This document shows positions 47,783 to 57,571 of a stretch of 64,000 bases of DNA, one piece after another. Under the pieces are notes generated by a model. The model was not told where the DNA came from and searched no databases. It saw only the letters and a program-made list of their open reading frames with translations. The translations under genes were made by a program, and so were the position numbers. Source of the stretch: a bacterium (GTDB lineage Bacteria > Hinthialibacterota > Hinthialibacteria > Hinthialibacterales > Hinthialibacteraceae); the NCBI GenBank assembly GCA_963662285.2, contig CAXXMV010000002.1:1696001-1760000 (forward strand), read 5' to 3'. Within the stretch, counting starts at the first letter, position 1. Every line of letters begins with the position of its first letter.

Positions 47783-49513
47783 TTGCGAATCAATTACGTA
47801 TTACTGTGGTTAATAATTTTGTTATGTCCGGGCGTATGGTTGTCTTGCAGTAAAAGCGAAACCGGGAATTCAGGCGTCAAGGAAGCGAAACCACAGGTTA
47901 AATCCCGTGAGCCGGGATTCCATGACGTGCTCAATGAAACAGGCATTACTTTCGTGCATACCGACGGCAGCTGCGGCCGGCACTATCTGGTCGAGACGGT
48001 CACCGCCGGACTCGGTTTGTTCGATTACGACAACGACGGCGACCTTGATATATACTTCGCCAATGGCGCCGCGCTGCCCGGCAAGACCTTTGACGTCCCC
48101 CCCACCAACCAGCTATGGCGCAACGACGGCAACCTTAAATTTACTAATGTGACCCAAGAGGCTGGCGTAGGCGATACGGGATACGGCATGGGTTGCGTGA
48201 TGGGCGATTACAACAACGACGGCTTCATGGATATCTATAACTCCAATTTCCGGGAAGACGTGCTTTACAAAAACAACGGCGATGGAACTTTTACCGACGT
48301 CACCAAACAAGCCGGACTGGGCGATCCCCGGTTAGGAGCGGGTGCGCTGATGGGTGATTTCAACAAAGATGGCCTGCTCGATATATTCGTGGCCAATTAT
48401 CTTGAATGCCCCTTGGAAGAACCGGCGCCCTGCACCATCAATGGAGTGTCGACCTATTGCGATCCCAGCACCTGGGATATGTACGAACCTCTCAAAGACA
48501 GCCTCTATTTCAATAACGGCGACGGTACTTTCACCGACGTCAGCGAAAAATCGGGCATTGCTCAACACAGCGGTCGCGGTATGGGAGTAACAATGGGCGA
48601 CCATGATAACGACGGCGATACGGATATCTACATCGCCAATGACGTGACCGATAACTTTCTCTATGATAACCAGGGCGATGGAACTTTCGAACAAGTCGCC
48701 CTTTTCGCAGGCATCGCCTATGACCTGCACGGAGAAGAGCAGGGCAGCATGGGCTGCGACATCGGCGATTACGACGGCGACGGCTGGTATGACATCATCG
48801 TAACCAGTTACCAGGGGCAGCCCAATACTCTGTATCACAATATGAAGGACGGATCGTTCGAAGACGTCACCATCCCCGCCGGAGTGCTGCCCGGCAGCAT
48901 GAAATACGTCAGCTGGGCCTGCATGTTCTTCGATTACGATAACGACGGACATCGCGATATCTTCATCGCCAACGGACATCTGCAAGACCGCATCGAAGAG
49001 ATTGAACCGCATACCAAATATCTGGAACCCAATCAACTATTCCGTAATAAGGGAGATGGAACCTTTGAAGATATTTCCCAACAGGCTGGACCGGGCTTCC
49101 AGGTAGAACTCGCAACCCGTGGCGGGGCTAAGGGAGATATTGATAATGACGGCGACATTGATCTGGTGCTGTCGAACTCGCGCCGCGAACCGACTATCCT
49201 GCTCAACGAATTACAGAACGATAACCATTGGATTAATATCAAACTGCGTGGAACCAAAAGCAACCGTGATGGAGTTTCAGCCCGCGTCGAAGTTACCGCA
49301 GGCGGCAAAACCCAGGTCAACGAAGTCCGCGCAGGCAGCAGTTATCAAAGCCATTACGATCTAAGGCTGCATTATGGATTGGGCGAAGCAACTGTGATCG
49401 ATGATATAGTGGTCTATTGGCCTAGTGGACAGGTCGATGAATTCAGCAATGTGAAACCGGACCGCTTTGCGTTGATTATCGAAGGGGAGACGGAATTAAC
49501 TGAGCAGTTTTGA
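47783..49513 (+). CDS. CRTAC1/ASPIC-UnbV family FG-GAP repeat protein (probable lipoprotein)
   Basis: Repeated DYDNDGDLDI-type motifs; C-terminal SNRDGVSARV..GSSYQS..LHYGLG..WPSG; TTG start follows GGAGG. Confidence 0.9.
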   Translation: MRINYVLLWLIILLCPGVWLSCSKSETGNSGVKEAKPQVKSREPGFHDVLNETGITFVHTDGSCGRHYLVETVTAGLGLFDYDNDGDLDIYFANGAALPGKTFDVPPTNQLWRNDGNLKFTNVTQEAGVGDTGYGMGCVMGDYNNDGFMDIYNSNFREDVLYKNNGDGTFTDVTKQAGLGDPRLGAGALMGDFNKDGLLDIFVANYLECPLEEPAPCTINGVSTYCDPSTWDMYEPLKDSLYFNNGDGTFTDVSEKSGIAQHSGRGMGVTMGDHDNDGDTDIYIANDVTDNFLYDNQGDGTFEQVALFAGIAYDLHGEEQGSMGCDIGDYDGDGWYDIIVTSYQGQPNTLYHNMKDGSFEDVTIPAGVLPGSMKYVSWACMFFDYDNDGHRDIFIANGHLQDRIEEIEPHTKYLEPNQLFRNKGDGTFEDISQQAGPGFQVELATRGGAKGDIDNDGDIDLVLSNSRREPTILLNELQNDNHWINIKLRGTKSNRDGVSARVEVTAGGKTQVNEVRAGSSYQSHYDLRLHYGLGEATVIDDIVVYWPSGQVDEFSNVKPDRFALIIEGETELTEQF

Positions 49514-49543
49514 TATTATTAAATACTACTTAGTATAAAATCA

Positions 49544-49592
49544 GGTGGCTTGATCAAGGGCTGAGCGCAATGCGCTCTTGCCCTTGGCACCC
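49544..49592 (-). repeat. Family A repeat with a compensated inner stem
   Basis: Minus strand GGGTGCCAAGGGCAA-GAGCGCA-T-TGCGCTC-AGCCCTTGATCAAGCCACC. Confidence 0.85.
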
Positions 49593-49659
49593 GTCGGCTC
49601 TTCAGGTGGCTTAGCTTATGCTTTTGTCGTGATCTTAAACTTAGGAGAATAATAAACAT

Positions 49660-50355
49660 ATGACAACACAACCCGAATTAGATGCTAAACCATCATTCAG
49701 ACCCAATGCGGCTGTATGCGTTTTCGGCATCCTGAGTTTCTTGCTGGTTGTAGCGGCCATCTTGCAGCGCTATACCGATTGGGGTCTCTCCACCAAGGTC
49801 TTTCTCATGGCTGGTTCGACGGCCTTCGTACTGACCGCAGCAGTCGGAGGAGCGTGGAAATCTCGTTATGGCATCCTGATTCTCATCGCCCTAATCCTAT
49901 GCTGGCTGGGTGATTTCTTCGGCCCTTGGAATTTCCTGCTGGGCGCCGGATTCTTTCTGATTGGGCATTTCGTCTTGATCGCGGCATTCATTGTTAATGG
50001 AATCGTGCGACAGCGTTTGTGGTATACCATTGACGGCATGTTCGTAGTTGGCGGAGGGTTGGCTTTTTGGATACTGCCCGAAGTTTTCCCCAACGAACAA
50101 TGGTTCGTTGCTTTATATATCACCTTTATTTCTTTGATGGTCGCCTTCGCTTGCGCAGCCAGGGGTCGGCTGGTCGTTAAATATCTGGCTGCGGGGGCGA
50201 TACTGTTCTTTATTTCTGATGTTCTGCTGGCGTTGAATCGTTATATGCAGATGAAGGTTGATTATACAATTTTCGGTTATCCGATTTATTACTCAGCCTG
50301 CATATTTTTTGCTATCAGCGTCGCCGCTTACCAATATGAAACAAATGATGGTTGA
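49660..50355 (+). CDS. YhhN/lysoplasmalogenase family membrane protein
   Basis: LGDFF, FLIGH and GAILFFISD..LA motifs; multiple TM helices. Confidence 0.85.
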   Translation: MTTQPELDAKPSFRPNAAVCVFGILSFLLVVAAILQRYTDWGLSTKVFLMAGSTAFVLTAAVGGAWKSRYGILILIALILCWLGDFFGPWNFLLGAGFFLIGHFVLIAAFIVNGIVRQRLWYTIDGMFVVGGGLAFWILPEVFPNEQWFVALYITFISLMVAFACAARGRLVVKYLAAGAILFFISDVLLALNRYMQMKVDYTIFGYPIYYSACIFFAISVAAYQYETNDG

Positions 50356-50464
50356 TGCTTATGTTCAAAATATTGTTTTACTAAAAACTGCGTTAAATAT
50401 CAGTCATTGAAAATAAGTAAAAGGACATCCAATTTGTTTTTAGAATCGCTCTCACCTTGTAATA

Positions 50465-50513
50465 GGTGGCTTGATCAAGGGCTGACCGCAATGCGGTCTT
50501 GCCCTTGCCACCC
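50465..50513 (-). repeat. Family A repeat
   Basis: Minus strand GGGTGGCAAGGGCAA-GACCGCA-T-TGCGGTC-AGCCCTTGATCAAGCCACC. Confidence 0.85.
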
Positions 50514-50528
50514 AGTCAGTGAATGTAA

Positions 50529-52517
50529 ATGAAAGGAATTATTAGAATGAGATTAATATCGAAATGGTCAGTAATTGGTATAATGCTGCTCAGCGTAGTA
50601 TCTGCTTTTGCGGCTGATGGAGCGCATGATTACCCCATAAATCCGGTTCCCTTTACAGCGGTCAAGATCAAGGATGGCTTCTGGGCGCCCCGTATGGAGA
50701 CCAACCGGACGGTTACTATTCCCTACGATTTCAAGAAATGCGAAGAGACCTCCCGCATCGATAACTTCGCCGTTGCTGGAGGTTTACAGCAAGGCGAGCA
50801 TGTCGGGATATTTTTTAATGATTCGGATGTGTTCAAGGTTATGGAAGGCGCCGCTTTCTCGCTATCGCTGCATCCCGATTCACGGCTGGACGCCTACCTG
50901 GATGACCTCATCTACAAGGTCGCCGCCGCCCAGGAAGATGACGGCTACCTCTATACCGTACGCACTATTAATCCCGAGAAAGTTACTAAAAGTTCAGGCA
51001 AAGAACGCTGGTCGAATGTTAAAGACGGCCATGAGTTATATAACGTAGGTCACATGTACGAAGCAGCCGCAGCTCATTATATGGCCACCGGCAAATGTAC
51101 TTTGCTCGACGTCGCAATCAAGAACGCCGATTTAATCGATAGCGTTTTCGGTCCCGGAAAAAAACACGACGCCCCCGGACACGAAGAGATCGAGATCGGT
51201 CTGGCCAAACTATATCGCGTAACCGGAGATGATAAATATCTTAAACTGGCTAAATTTTTCCTTGATCAACGCGGCAATGAGAAAGACCGTGAAATATACG
51301 GCGCCTATTGCCAGGATCATGAACTGGTGGTTGATCAAAAGGAAGCAGTTGGTCATGCCGTGCGAGCGGGATATCTGTATTCAGGTATGGCTGACGTGGC
51401 GGCTCTAACTGGCGACCCCGGTTATATCAAAGCCATTGATCGTATCTGGGAAAATGTTGTTAACAAAAAAATCTACCTGACCGGCGCCATTGGAGCGCGT
51501 CATCAGGGCGAGGCTTTCGGCGATAATTATGAACTGCCCAATAAAACGGCCTACAATGAAACCTGCGCCTCCATCGCCAACGCCATGTGGAATCATCGTC
51601 TGTTCCTGTTGCATGGCGACGCGCAGTATATTGATGTCTTGGAACGGATTCTATATAACGGTTTTCTATCCGGCGTCTCGTTGGATGGCGACGCCTTCTT
51701 TTATCCCAATCCTCTGGAATGCGATGGAGAGTATAAATTCAATCAGGGCGACTTGCTGCGCAAACCCTGGTTCGGCTGTTCATGCTGCCCCTCCAATGTA
51801 GTGCGTTTCATGCCGTCGATCCCCGGTTATGTTTACGCCTGGAGAGATGATTCGATTTACGTCAATCTATATACCAGCGCCAGCGGCGCTATTGAGATTA
51901 AAGGCAATGTGGTCAACCTAACCCAGAAAACCGATTACCCCTGGGACGGTCTGATAAACATAACCGTCGATCCACAGGTCAGTGGAGAATTAACCATCTG
52001 CCTGCGCATCCCCGGTTGGGCGAGAAATCAGCCCATGCCCGGCGACCTCTATAGATACGCTGATGATATTGATTCTGATATTACGCTAACGGTCAACGGC
52101 AGACTGGTTCCCATAGAATTGGATAAAGGCTATGTAAGCATCAAACGCCAGTGGTCTGAAGGTGATCTGATCAAACTGGATATTCCCATGCCCATCCGGC
52201 GGGTGCTTTGCCGTGATGAGGTCAAAGATAATGTAGGTAAAGTCGCTATTGAACGCGGCCCTATTGTGTATTGCGCTGAAGGGATCGATAACGGCGGCCA
52301 GGTCTTCGATTTAAGCCTGCCGGATAATGCGGAACTTAATGCCCGTTTTTATCCGTATTTATTGGATGGCGTAACCGCCATCAAAGGCCAGGCAATAGCA
52401 ACATATCAGCAGGATGGCCAATCAGTTGAGAAGAAACAACCCATAATGCTAATCCCATATTACGCCTGGGCCCATCGCGGCGCTGGGCAAATGCGCGTCT
52501 GGCTGCCGAGGGGATAA
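50529..52517 (+). CDS. Glycoside hydrolase family 127 (beta-L-arabinofuranosidase-like)
   Basis: FNDSDVFK, HELYNVGH, GHEEIE, GHAVRA, YNETCA, CSCCPSN; signal peptide. Confidence 0.92.
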   Translation: MKGIIRMRLISKWSVIGIMLLSVVSAFAADGAHDYPINPVPFTAVKIKDGFWAPRMETNRTVTIPYDFKKCEETSRIDNFAVAGGLQQGEHVGIFFNDSDVFKVMEGAAFSLSLHPDSRLDAYLDDLIYKVAAAQEDDGYLYTVRTINPEKVTKSSGKERWSNVKDGHELYNVGHMYEAAAAHYMATGKCTLLDVAIKNADLIDSVFGPGKKHDAPGHEEIEIGLAKLYRVTGDDKYLKLAKFFLDQRGNEKDREIYGAYCQDHELVVDQKEAVGHAVRAGYLYSGMADVAALTGDPGYIKAIDRIWENVVNKKIYLTGAIGARHQGEAFGDNYELPNKTAYNETCASIANAMWNHRLFLLHGDAQYIDVLERILYNGFLSGVSLDGDAFFYPNPLECDGEYKFNQGDLLRKPWFGCSCCPSNVVRFMPSIPGYVYAWRDDSIYVNLYTSASGAIEIKGNVVNLTQKTDYPWDGLINITVDPQVSGELTICLRIPGWARNQPMPGDLYRYADDIDSDITLTVNGRLVPIELDKGYVSIKRQWSEGDLIKLDIPMPIRRVLCRDEVKDNVGKVAIERGPIVYCAEGIDNGGQVFDLSLPDNAELNARFYPYLLDGVTAIKGQAIATYQQDGQSVEKKQPIMLIPYYAWAHRGAGQMRVWLPRG

Positions 52518-52524
52518 CGCCGCT

Positions 52525-52995
52525 TTATTCCCGGATGCGTTTGCGGATTTTTTCTAACAACATGCAAATGCTCTTCATATCTTTTTCGGAAAGGGTATTC
52601 ATAACTTCGTTGATGCGGGCGTAGTAGGTTTTCTCTGCTTTCTCCAATAGGGCGCTGCCCGCCTTGGTTAACTGGACTTGATTAATGCGGCGGTCTCCGG
52701 CGACGGGAGTGCGTTTGACCCAGCCCGCTTCTTCCATGCGGTCGACCAGCCCGGTGACGTTGGAACGGTTCACTAACAAACGGTTGCCCAGTTCGGTTTG
52801 AGTGATGCCTTCAGCCTCCGCTTGATGCTTCAGAATAATCAGGACGTTGAATTGCGAATCGGTCAGTTTGAGAGGACGGAAAATCCGCTGGCCTTCCTTG
52901 GCGATCATCTCGCCAGTCAGCACGATATTCATTATCGATTCATGCGCTTTATCGCTTATCGGATTGGGCAGACCCAGTTCATATTGTAAACTCAT
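52525..52995 (-). CDS. MarR family transcriptional regulator
   Basis: QFNVL, TQTELG..SNVTGLVDRME..GWV.R..DRR..LT..G; start MSLQY follows GGAGG. Confidence 0.9.
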   Translation of the reverse strand: MSLQYELGLPNPISDKAHESIMNIVLTGEMIAKEGQRIFRPLKLTDSQFNVLIILKHQAEAEGITQTELGNRLLVNRSNVTGLVDRMEEAGWVKRTPVAGDRRINQVQLTKAGSALLEKAEKTYYARINEVMNTLSEKDMKSICMLLEKIRKRIRE

Positions 52996-53043
52996 ATATA
53001 ATTCCTCCCATGAAATACCAAACATTGGATGATGCTCAACACT

Positions 53044-53237
53044 GTAGAAGCAATGCCTTGCGGTGGTTCGATACCGGGCGCCCATGAAAGGCGCCCCTAC
53101 AATTTGAATTCCCAGGCGCTGTAGGGGCAATCCCTTGTGGTTGCCCGGTTGTACTGCCGCCTATGGGCGACCGTAGCATGTAGCATGTAGCATGTAGCAT
53201 GGGAGAAAGCGACCGCGTCTCCCATCTAAACCACCTA
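53044..53237. repeat. Nested REP cluster: family D doublet, family D copy, (GTAGCAT)4 and family B copy
   Basis: 53044-53069 and inverted 53076-53100; 53121-53146; GGGCGACC 53165-53172; GTAGCAT x4 53173-53200; ATGGGAGA..TCTCCCAT to 53225. Confidence 0.8.
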
Positions 53238-53311
53238 TCGTTCCAACCTAAACCCATTTTAACTTCATGTTAGGATTATTCATACCTGAACCATCTATCA
53301 GGAAGGTTTTT

Positions 53312-53776
53312 TTATTTCTCCGGTTTTGTGGTTGAAGAGGAATTATGGATTCTGAGCGTTTTGCTTTTTTGCGCCCGTTCTTCGGGAACAGAGGCTTGGC
53401 TGCATTCAATATCTTCCAGAGTGGATTGCAATACCGACAAATTCGTTGGACGCTCAATAATTACGATTTTGGGGCAATTATTTAACTGTTCGAGGTCTAT
53501 GGATTTGGAATCATTTAATATAACGGTTATATACGCCTTAGAAGCGATGCCGCGTATCAACCATACTCTGAAACTGGGGTAGGGCAGGGATTCCGATTGC
53601 CCCAGCACGAACAAATCAAACTCAAAATCACAGGTTTGCTTCCATAATTCGATCTCTGAATCGGCCTGATAGATGATGCAATTGGTTTGAGCAGCGATTT
53701 CATATAGATGCTTCTGCTCTTCCAGAGTTAAGCCAAGGGTTAAAATGCGTAAGTAGTTCTGTCGTTTGATTATCAT
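53312..53776 (-). CDS. Receiver-fold-like protein lacking the phosphoacceptor Asp (tentative)
   Basis: FDLFVLG where DLxxLD is expected; IERP where KP is expected; GAGGTG RBS. Confidence 0.45.
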   Translation of the reverse strand: MIIKRQNYLRILTLGLTLEEQKHLYEIAAQTNCIIYQADSEIELWKQTCDFEFDLFVLGQSESLPYPSFRVWLIRGIASKAYITVILNDSKSIDLEQLNNCPKIVIIERPTNLSVLQSTLEDIECSQASVPEERAQKSKTLRIHNSSSTTKPEK

Positions 53777-54032
53777 GATGTCACCTCACAAATAATGCCA
53801 TACTCGCAGCCATTCGCTATAAAAAAACGCATATATTCCATCTGCAAATTATGTTGTCAGCTAATAGAGTATTACGGGAGGAGGATTTTGTCAGATAATA
53901 TCGGATTAGATAAGGTATTTTTGCCTTTAAATCAGCGTTTTAAGGAAAGAATTGGATTTATTTATAGACTCCATTACTTGAACCAAGATTGATTCAAGTA
54001 ATGGAGTTTGAAGGATTTATGAGTAAATAACA

Positions 54033-55256
54033 CTAAGAGATAGTGCGTTTTTCGGCGTCGTAGCGCAGCCGTTTTCCGGTTAGGTTTGATTCGGCGATCA
54101 TGATTCCCGCTACGGAATGAGATAAGCCGTATTCGATGCTGCATCGCGGGTCTTGGCGTGAGCGGATGCATTCCAGCCAGTTCATCATGTGGCTATTGGA
54201 TTTGGCTGGTTCGAGTATTTTTTCCTCTTTTATCAGTTGTTTACCGGCGCCGCCGTCGCCTGATAGAATGCGCTTTTGTACATCCAGTTTACCGTTTGAG
54301 CCATAAACGATGAAATGGGTATCGGCGGAATTGCACAGGCTCATGGATATATTGAGCTGGAAGCCGGAGGGATAATCCAGAATGGCGCTGAGCGTATCGG
54401 ATGTCTGACGGTCGTCGTCAGGGTCGTCTTTATTCCAGCGCAACACGGCGCTGCTGGATACCACCTCAAAGGGATAAAGGTCCTGCATATAACAGGCAAC
54501 CGCGTTCAGATAATGCGACAACCACAAACCGGGCAGGCCGTTGGTGTAATCGCGGTATAGATACCAGCGTTTGAAGCGTTTGGCGCTGAAAGGTTTGTTG
54601 GATTTTCCGAATTGGAATAGATCCCAATTGACGTCATCCTTTTTGACGTTGGAATAAGCCTTGCGCCAGCGGGGTTGGTTGAAATTTTGTGATATGGCGA
54701 TGCGGGTGATTTTACCCAGTACGCCAGACTGAACCGCATTGGCGCCGGTGATGTAGTTACCGTCGCTGCGCCATTGGGTTCCAACCTGGACGATGCGTTT
54801 TTTAGCGCGAACCGCATCGACCGCCGCCAGACCATCGGCCAGATTAACCGCGAAGGGCTTCTCGCAATAACCGTCTTTACCAGCTAACGCGGCCTCTGTA
54901 AGAATAGGCGCATGGCTTATGTCAGGCGTGGCGATTACTACGGCGTCTATATCGGGATTATTTATTATCTTCTTGTAATCTTCAACAGATTGGGGCGCTT
55001 GCTTTTGGCCTTTTTCTTTGGCTAGAGCAACGGCTTGATCCCGCGCAACGCTCCAAACATCGCAAACATGGCTGACGCAGGCGCCCGTAGAGGCGCATTC
55101 AATGATGTCGGGAATATGCTGCCCGCCGCGCACTCCGCAACCGATCACTGCAATATTCATTTTGTCGTTGGCGCCCATTACGGAAGAGGCCTGAATAGCG
55201 CTAAGCCCCACTGCTCCCATGGCAATCGTGGTTCGATGGAAATCTCTACGTTTCAT
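54033..55256 (-). CDS. TAT-exported Gfo/Idh/MocA oxidoreductase
   Basis: MKRRDF, ANDKMNIAVIGCGVRG, DAVVIATPD, YCEKP, VQVGTQWRS. Confidence 0.92.
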   Translation of the reverse strand: MKRRDFHRTTIAMGAVGLSAIQASSVMGANDKMNIAVIGCGVRGGQHIPDIIECASTGACVSHVCDVWSVARDQAVALAKEKGQKQAPQSVEDYKKIINNPDIDAVVIATPDISHAPILTEAALAGKDGYCEKPFAVNLADGLAAVDAVRAKKRIVQVGTQWRSDGNYITGANAVQSGVLGKITRIAISQNFNQPRWRKAYSNVKKDDVNWDLFQFGKSNKPFSAKRFKRWYLYRDYTNGLPGLWLSHYLNAVACYMQDLYPFEVVSSSAVLRWNKDDPDDDRQTSDTLSAILDYPSGFQLNISMSLCNSADTHFIVYGSNGKLDVQKRILSGDGGAGKQLIKEEKILEPAKSNSHMMNWLECIRSRQDPRCSIEYGLSHSVAGIMIAESNLTGKRLRYDAEKRTIS

Positions 55257-55320
55257 AAGATTTATCCTTCCCATTCATTTTTGACAATCCCATTCAGAAT
55301 TAATGCCAGTTCATCATACT

Positions 55321-57378
55321 TTAGTATAATGAAAAATCATCAACCCCGACAGGTAAAACGCTATTTAGGTACTCATGCCTGTCAGAAATGAATTTGCGGA
55401 TGTTATCATATCCTTCCTGGATTAAGCCGCGCCGCTTATCTTCATTTTCACCGGTGTACTCTTCCATCAATTTTATGTCATCCAGCAATAGCGCCTCTTT
55501 CTCATCAACACGGGTTAAAAGCCGCTCTTCGGCAAGCTGATTCTTTAACGCTTGCGCCAATCTTTCTATGTAGGTTTGGTGGAAAGGTTCATGCTTGTGG
55601 ATGAGAGCGGTTATCATTCCTCTAAGAGGACGAGATACATTCCCTTCCTCTCCATTCCCTGTCAAAGGATAATTGATCGATAACTTTGATAAATTATCAT
55701 CATAAACGAAAAAATTACATCCCAATGTATTATCCAGATCCCACGGAATGATCTCCCATCTATTGCTAGGATCGGGATTGTGGTAGAGTACATGGTTTTT
55801 ATGATATCCATCCCAATGAGAAATGAATACAGAGACTACATCATAACAAAGGAATGATTCCTGATCGATACAGGTTTCAATGGTCTCTTGCCGTTCCTCA
55901 TCATTATTCAATAACTGCAATAATTCCTGCAAATCATCATCAGGTTCGTATACATTACTTTTCTTGATATATATTGGATCAATCGCTTTGTAAATATTTC
56001 CGTTCTTATTCCTTCCATGTGATTCAAAAAAATGTTCGTTGGGTCGTTCAATTGCAATAACCTGAAAATGTTTCCCTTCTTGCATAAGCCGATACCATAC
56101 GCATTTGGGTGAAAGGGCAGGAAAATCTTGAAACAAACTGAAAGAAAAATCTTCAAGCAGATTATATAATGTGGTAAAAGTATATTCTTTGGGAACAGGA
56201 TCATTTACAATTTTCAGATTGCGAATTCCAAGATAATCATTATTTTTTAAGAACTTTATTTTATTACCATCAAGAGCTGGCTCGATGCGCGCTCCATCAA
56301 ACAGAAGAACATGGTCTAAAGTCGTTGGTTTAATAACAGCTCCACTAATCAACAAGTCACAATGTCCTTCATCTTGTTCCCGTGGAAACATCCAAAGAAG
56401 CGGTAGTTTGCTGTGGATTTCATCATCATAGACAAAGTAAGAAAAATAGGGGAATGGGTCGCCTGGATGAGGTAATTGGACCTTTCGCTCATCTACCCGC
56501 CGCACTTCAAACCAACATCTAACCAAAGTCTGTGATGGATAGGGAATTATCTCTGACTCAAAAGTAATTGAATCAAGATTATTCTCTTTGATAGACATGG
56601 CGAATGCAGTTGTAACTGTCGCTATGTCCGCGTTCTGTGATTTTGCAATTAAATGAATTGTTACCGATTGGATGATTTCAGGGCTGTCGAATGAGGCCTC
56701 GATTTGTACTGAATCAGTTGATTTTGGATATTCTGGATTGCAATTCATGGATAAGATCAAAGGTTGTTCGGATACATTGAAAACCGTATTTTTCTTTAAT
56801 GGGCTTCCATCAAAAGTCAAAGACGTCCGCCATGAATGGACGTCATTGGAAGGGAGTTCTGAGGAGATTTTTTCCAATGAAAATCCATAACCATCCGCCC
56901 CTCTTGGCCAAGGCAATTCGTCGGTGTATTTTACTTGATCTATAATTTGACCACTCGAATTGCATAATGTAACAGTTTCTCCATCATTTGATAGTTTCCC
57001 TTCATAAGGGCCAAATGTTTTCTCTTGAATTTTCCAATCGTTAAGCATATCTTTTACAACAATAACGAAATCATTGGATTTAATCAGAGAACCTTCGGGA
57101 AAAGTATAAGAAATTCCTTGAGTAAATTGATAATTACTCAAATCAATATCTGCATCTGTTGGATTGTATAATTCGATGAATTCTGGATCACGATTATTTT
57201 TATGGTTGAATATATCTTGATTTGGCAATATAAGGGGGCCGCTTACTCTGGGTATAAAATAATACGGAATTCCCTCAGACGGGTGATAGTGAATTTCATT
57301 AATCACCACATCGCCATAACAGCAGTTAACAGTCAAGTAAAAGAAGCATAATGATATCCCTAAAATAATCCGTTTCAT
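55321..57378 (-). CDS. Exported lamin-tail-domain + CotH kinase protein
   Basis: VVINEIHYHP..EFIELYN..LSNDGE..ADGYGFSLE (LTD); WDGYHKN..IPWDLDNTLG (CotH); start MKRIIL. Confidence 0.85.
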   Translation of the reverse strand: MKRIILGISLCFFYLTVNCCYGDVVINEIHYHPSEGIPYYFIPRVSGPLILPNQDIFNHKNNRDPEFIELYNPTDADIDLSNYQFTQGISYTFPEGSLIKSNDFVIVVKDMLNDWKIQEKTFGPYEGKLSNDGETVTLCNSSGQIIDQVKYTDELPWPRGADGYGFSLEKISSELPSNDVHSWRTSLTFDGSPLKKNTVFNVSEQPLILSMNCNPEYPKSTDSVQIEASFDSPEIIQSVTIHLIAKSQNADIATVTTAFAMSIKENNLDSITFESEIIPYPSQTLVRCWFEVRRVDERKVQLPHPGDPFPYFSYFVYDDEIHSKLPLLWMFPREQDEGHCDLLISGAVIKPTTLDHVLLFDGARIEPALDGNKIKFLKNNDYLGIRNLKIVNDPVPKEYTFTTLYNLLEDFSFSLFQDFPALSPKCVWYRLMQEGKHFQVIAIERPNEHFFESHGRNKNGNIYKAIDPIYIKKSNVYEPDDDLQELLQLLNNDEERQETIETCIDQESFLCYDVVSVFISHWDGYHKNHVLYHNPDPSNRWEIIPWDLDNTLGCNFFVYDDNLSKLSINYPLTGNGEEGNVSRPLRGMITALIHKHEPFHQTYIERLAQALKNQLAEERLLTRVDEKEALLLDDIKLMEEYTGENEDKRRGLIQEGYDNIRKFISDRHEYLNSVLPVGVDDFSLY

Positions 57379-57571
57379 ATTTCTCTCCCCCGTGAACAAA
57401 TATTTTAGCGTTCTGTCGATAAAGTATCGCAATATGATTAATTTGTCAGATTGACCAATTGAAATCATTTTGCTATCGTTTGCGCTTTCTGCATGTTGTA
57501 TCTGTTCTCACTGGATTGATGCTGAGTGGTGAGGTGATATAGTTCAGAATAAGATATTATGAAAACAGGAA

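Noticed and set aside
52996-53130. N-terminal extension of MarR
   Set aside because: It reads through REP repeats; the RBS supports the start at 52995.
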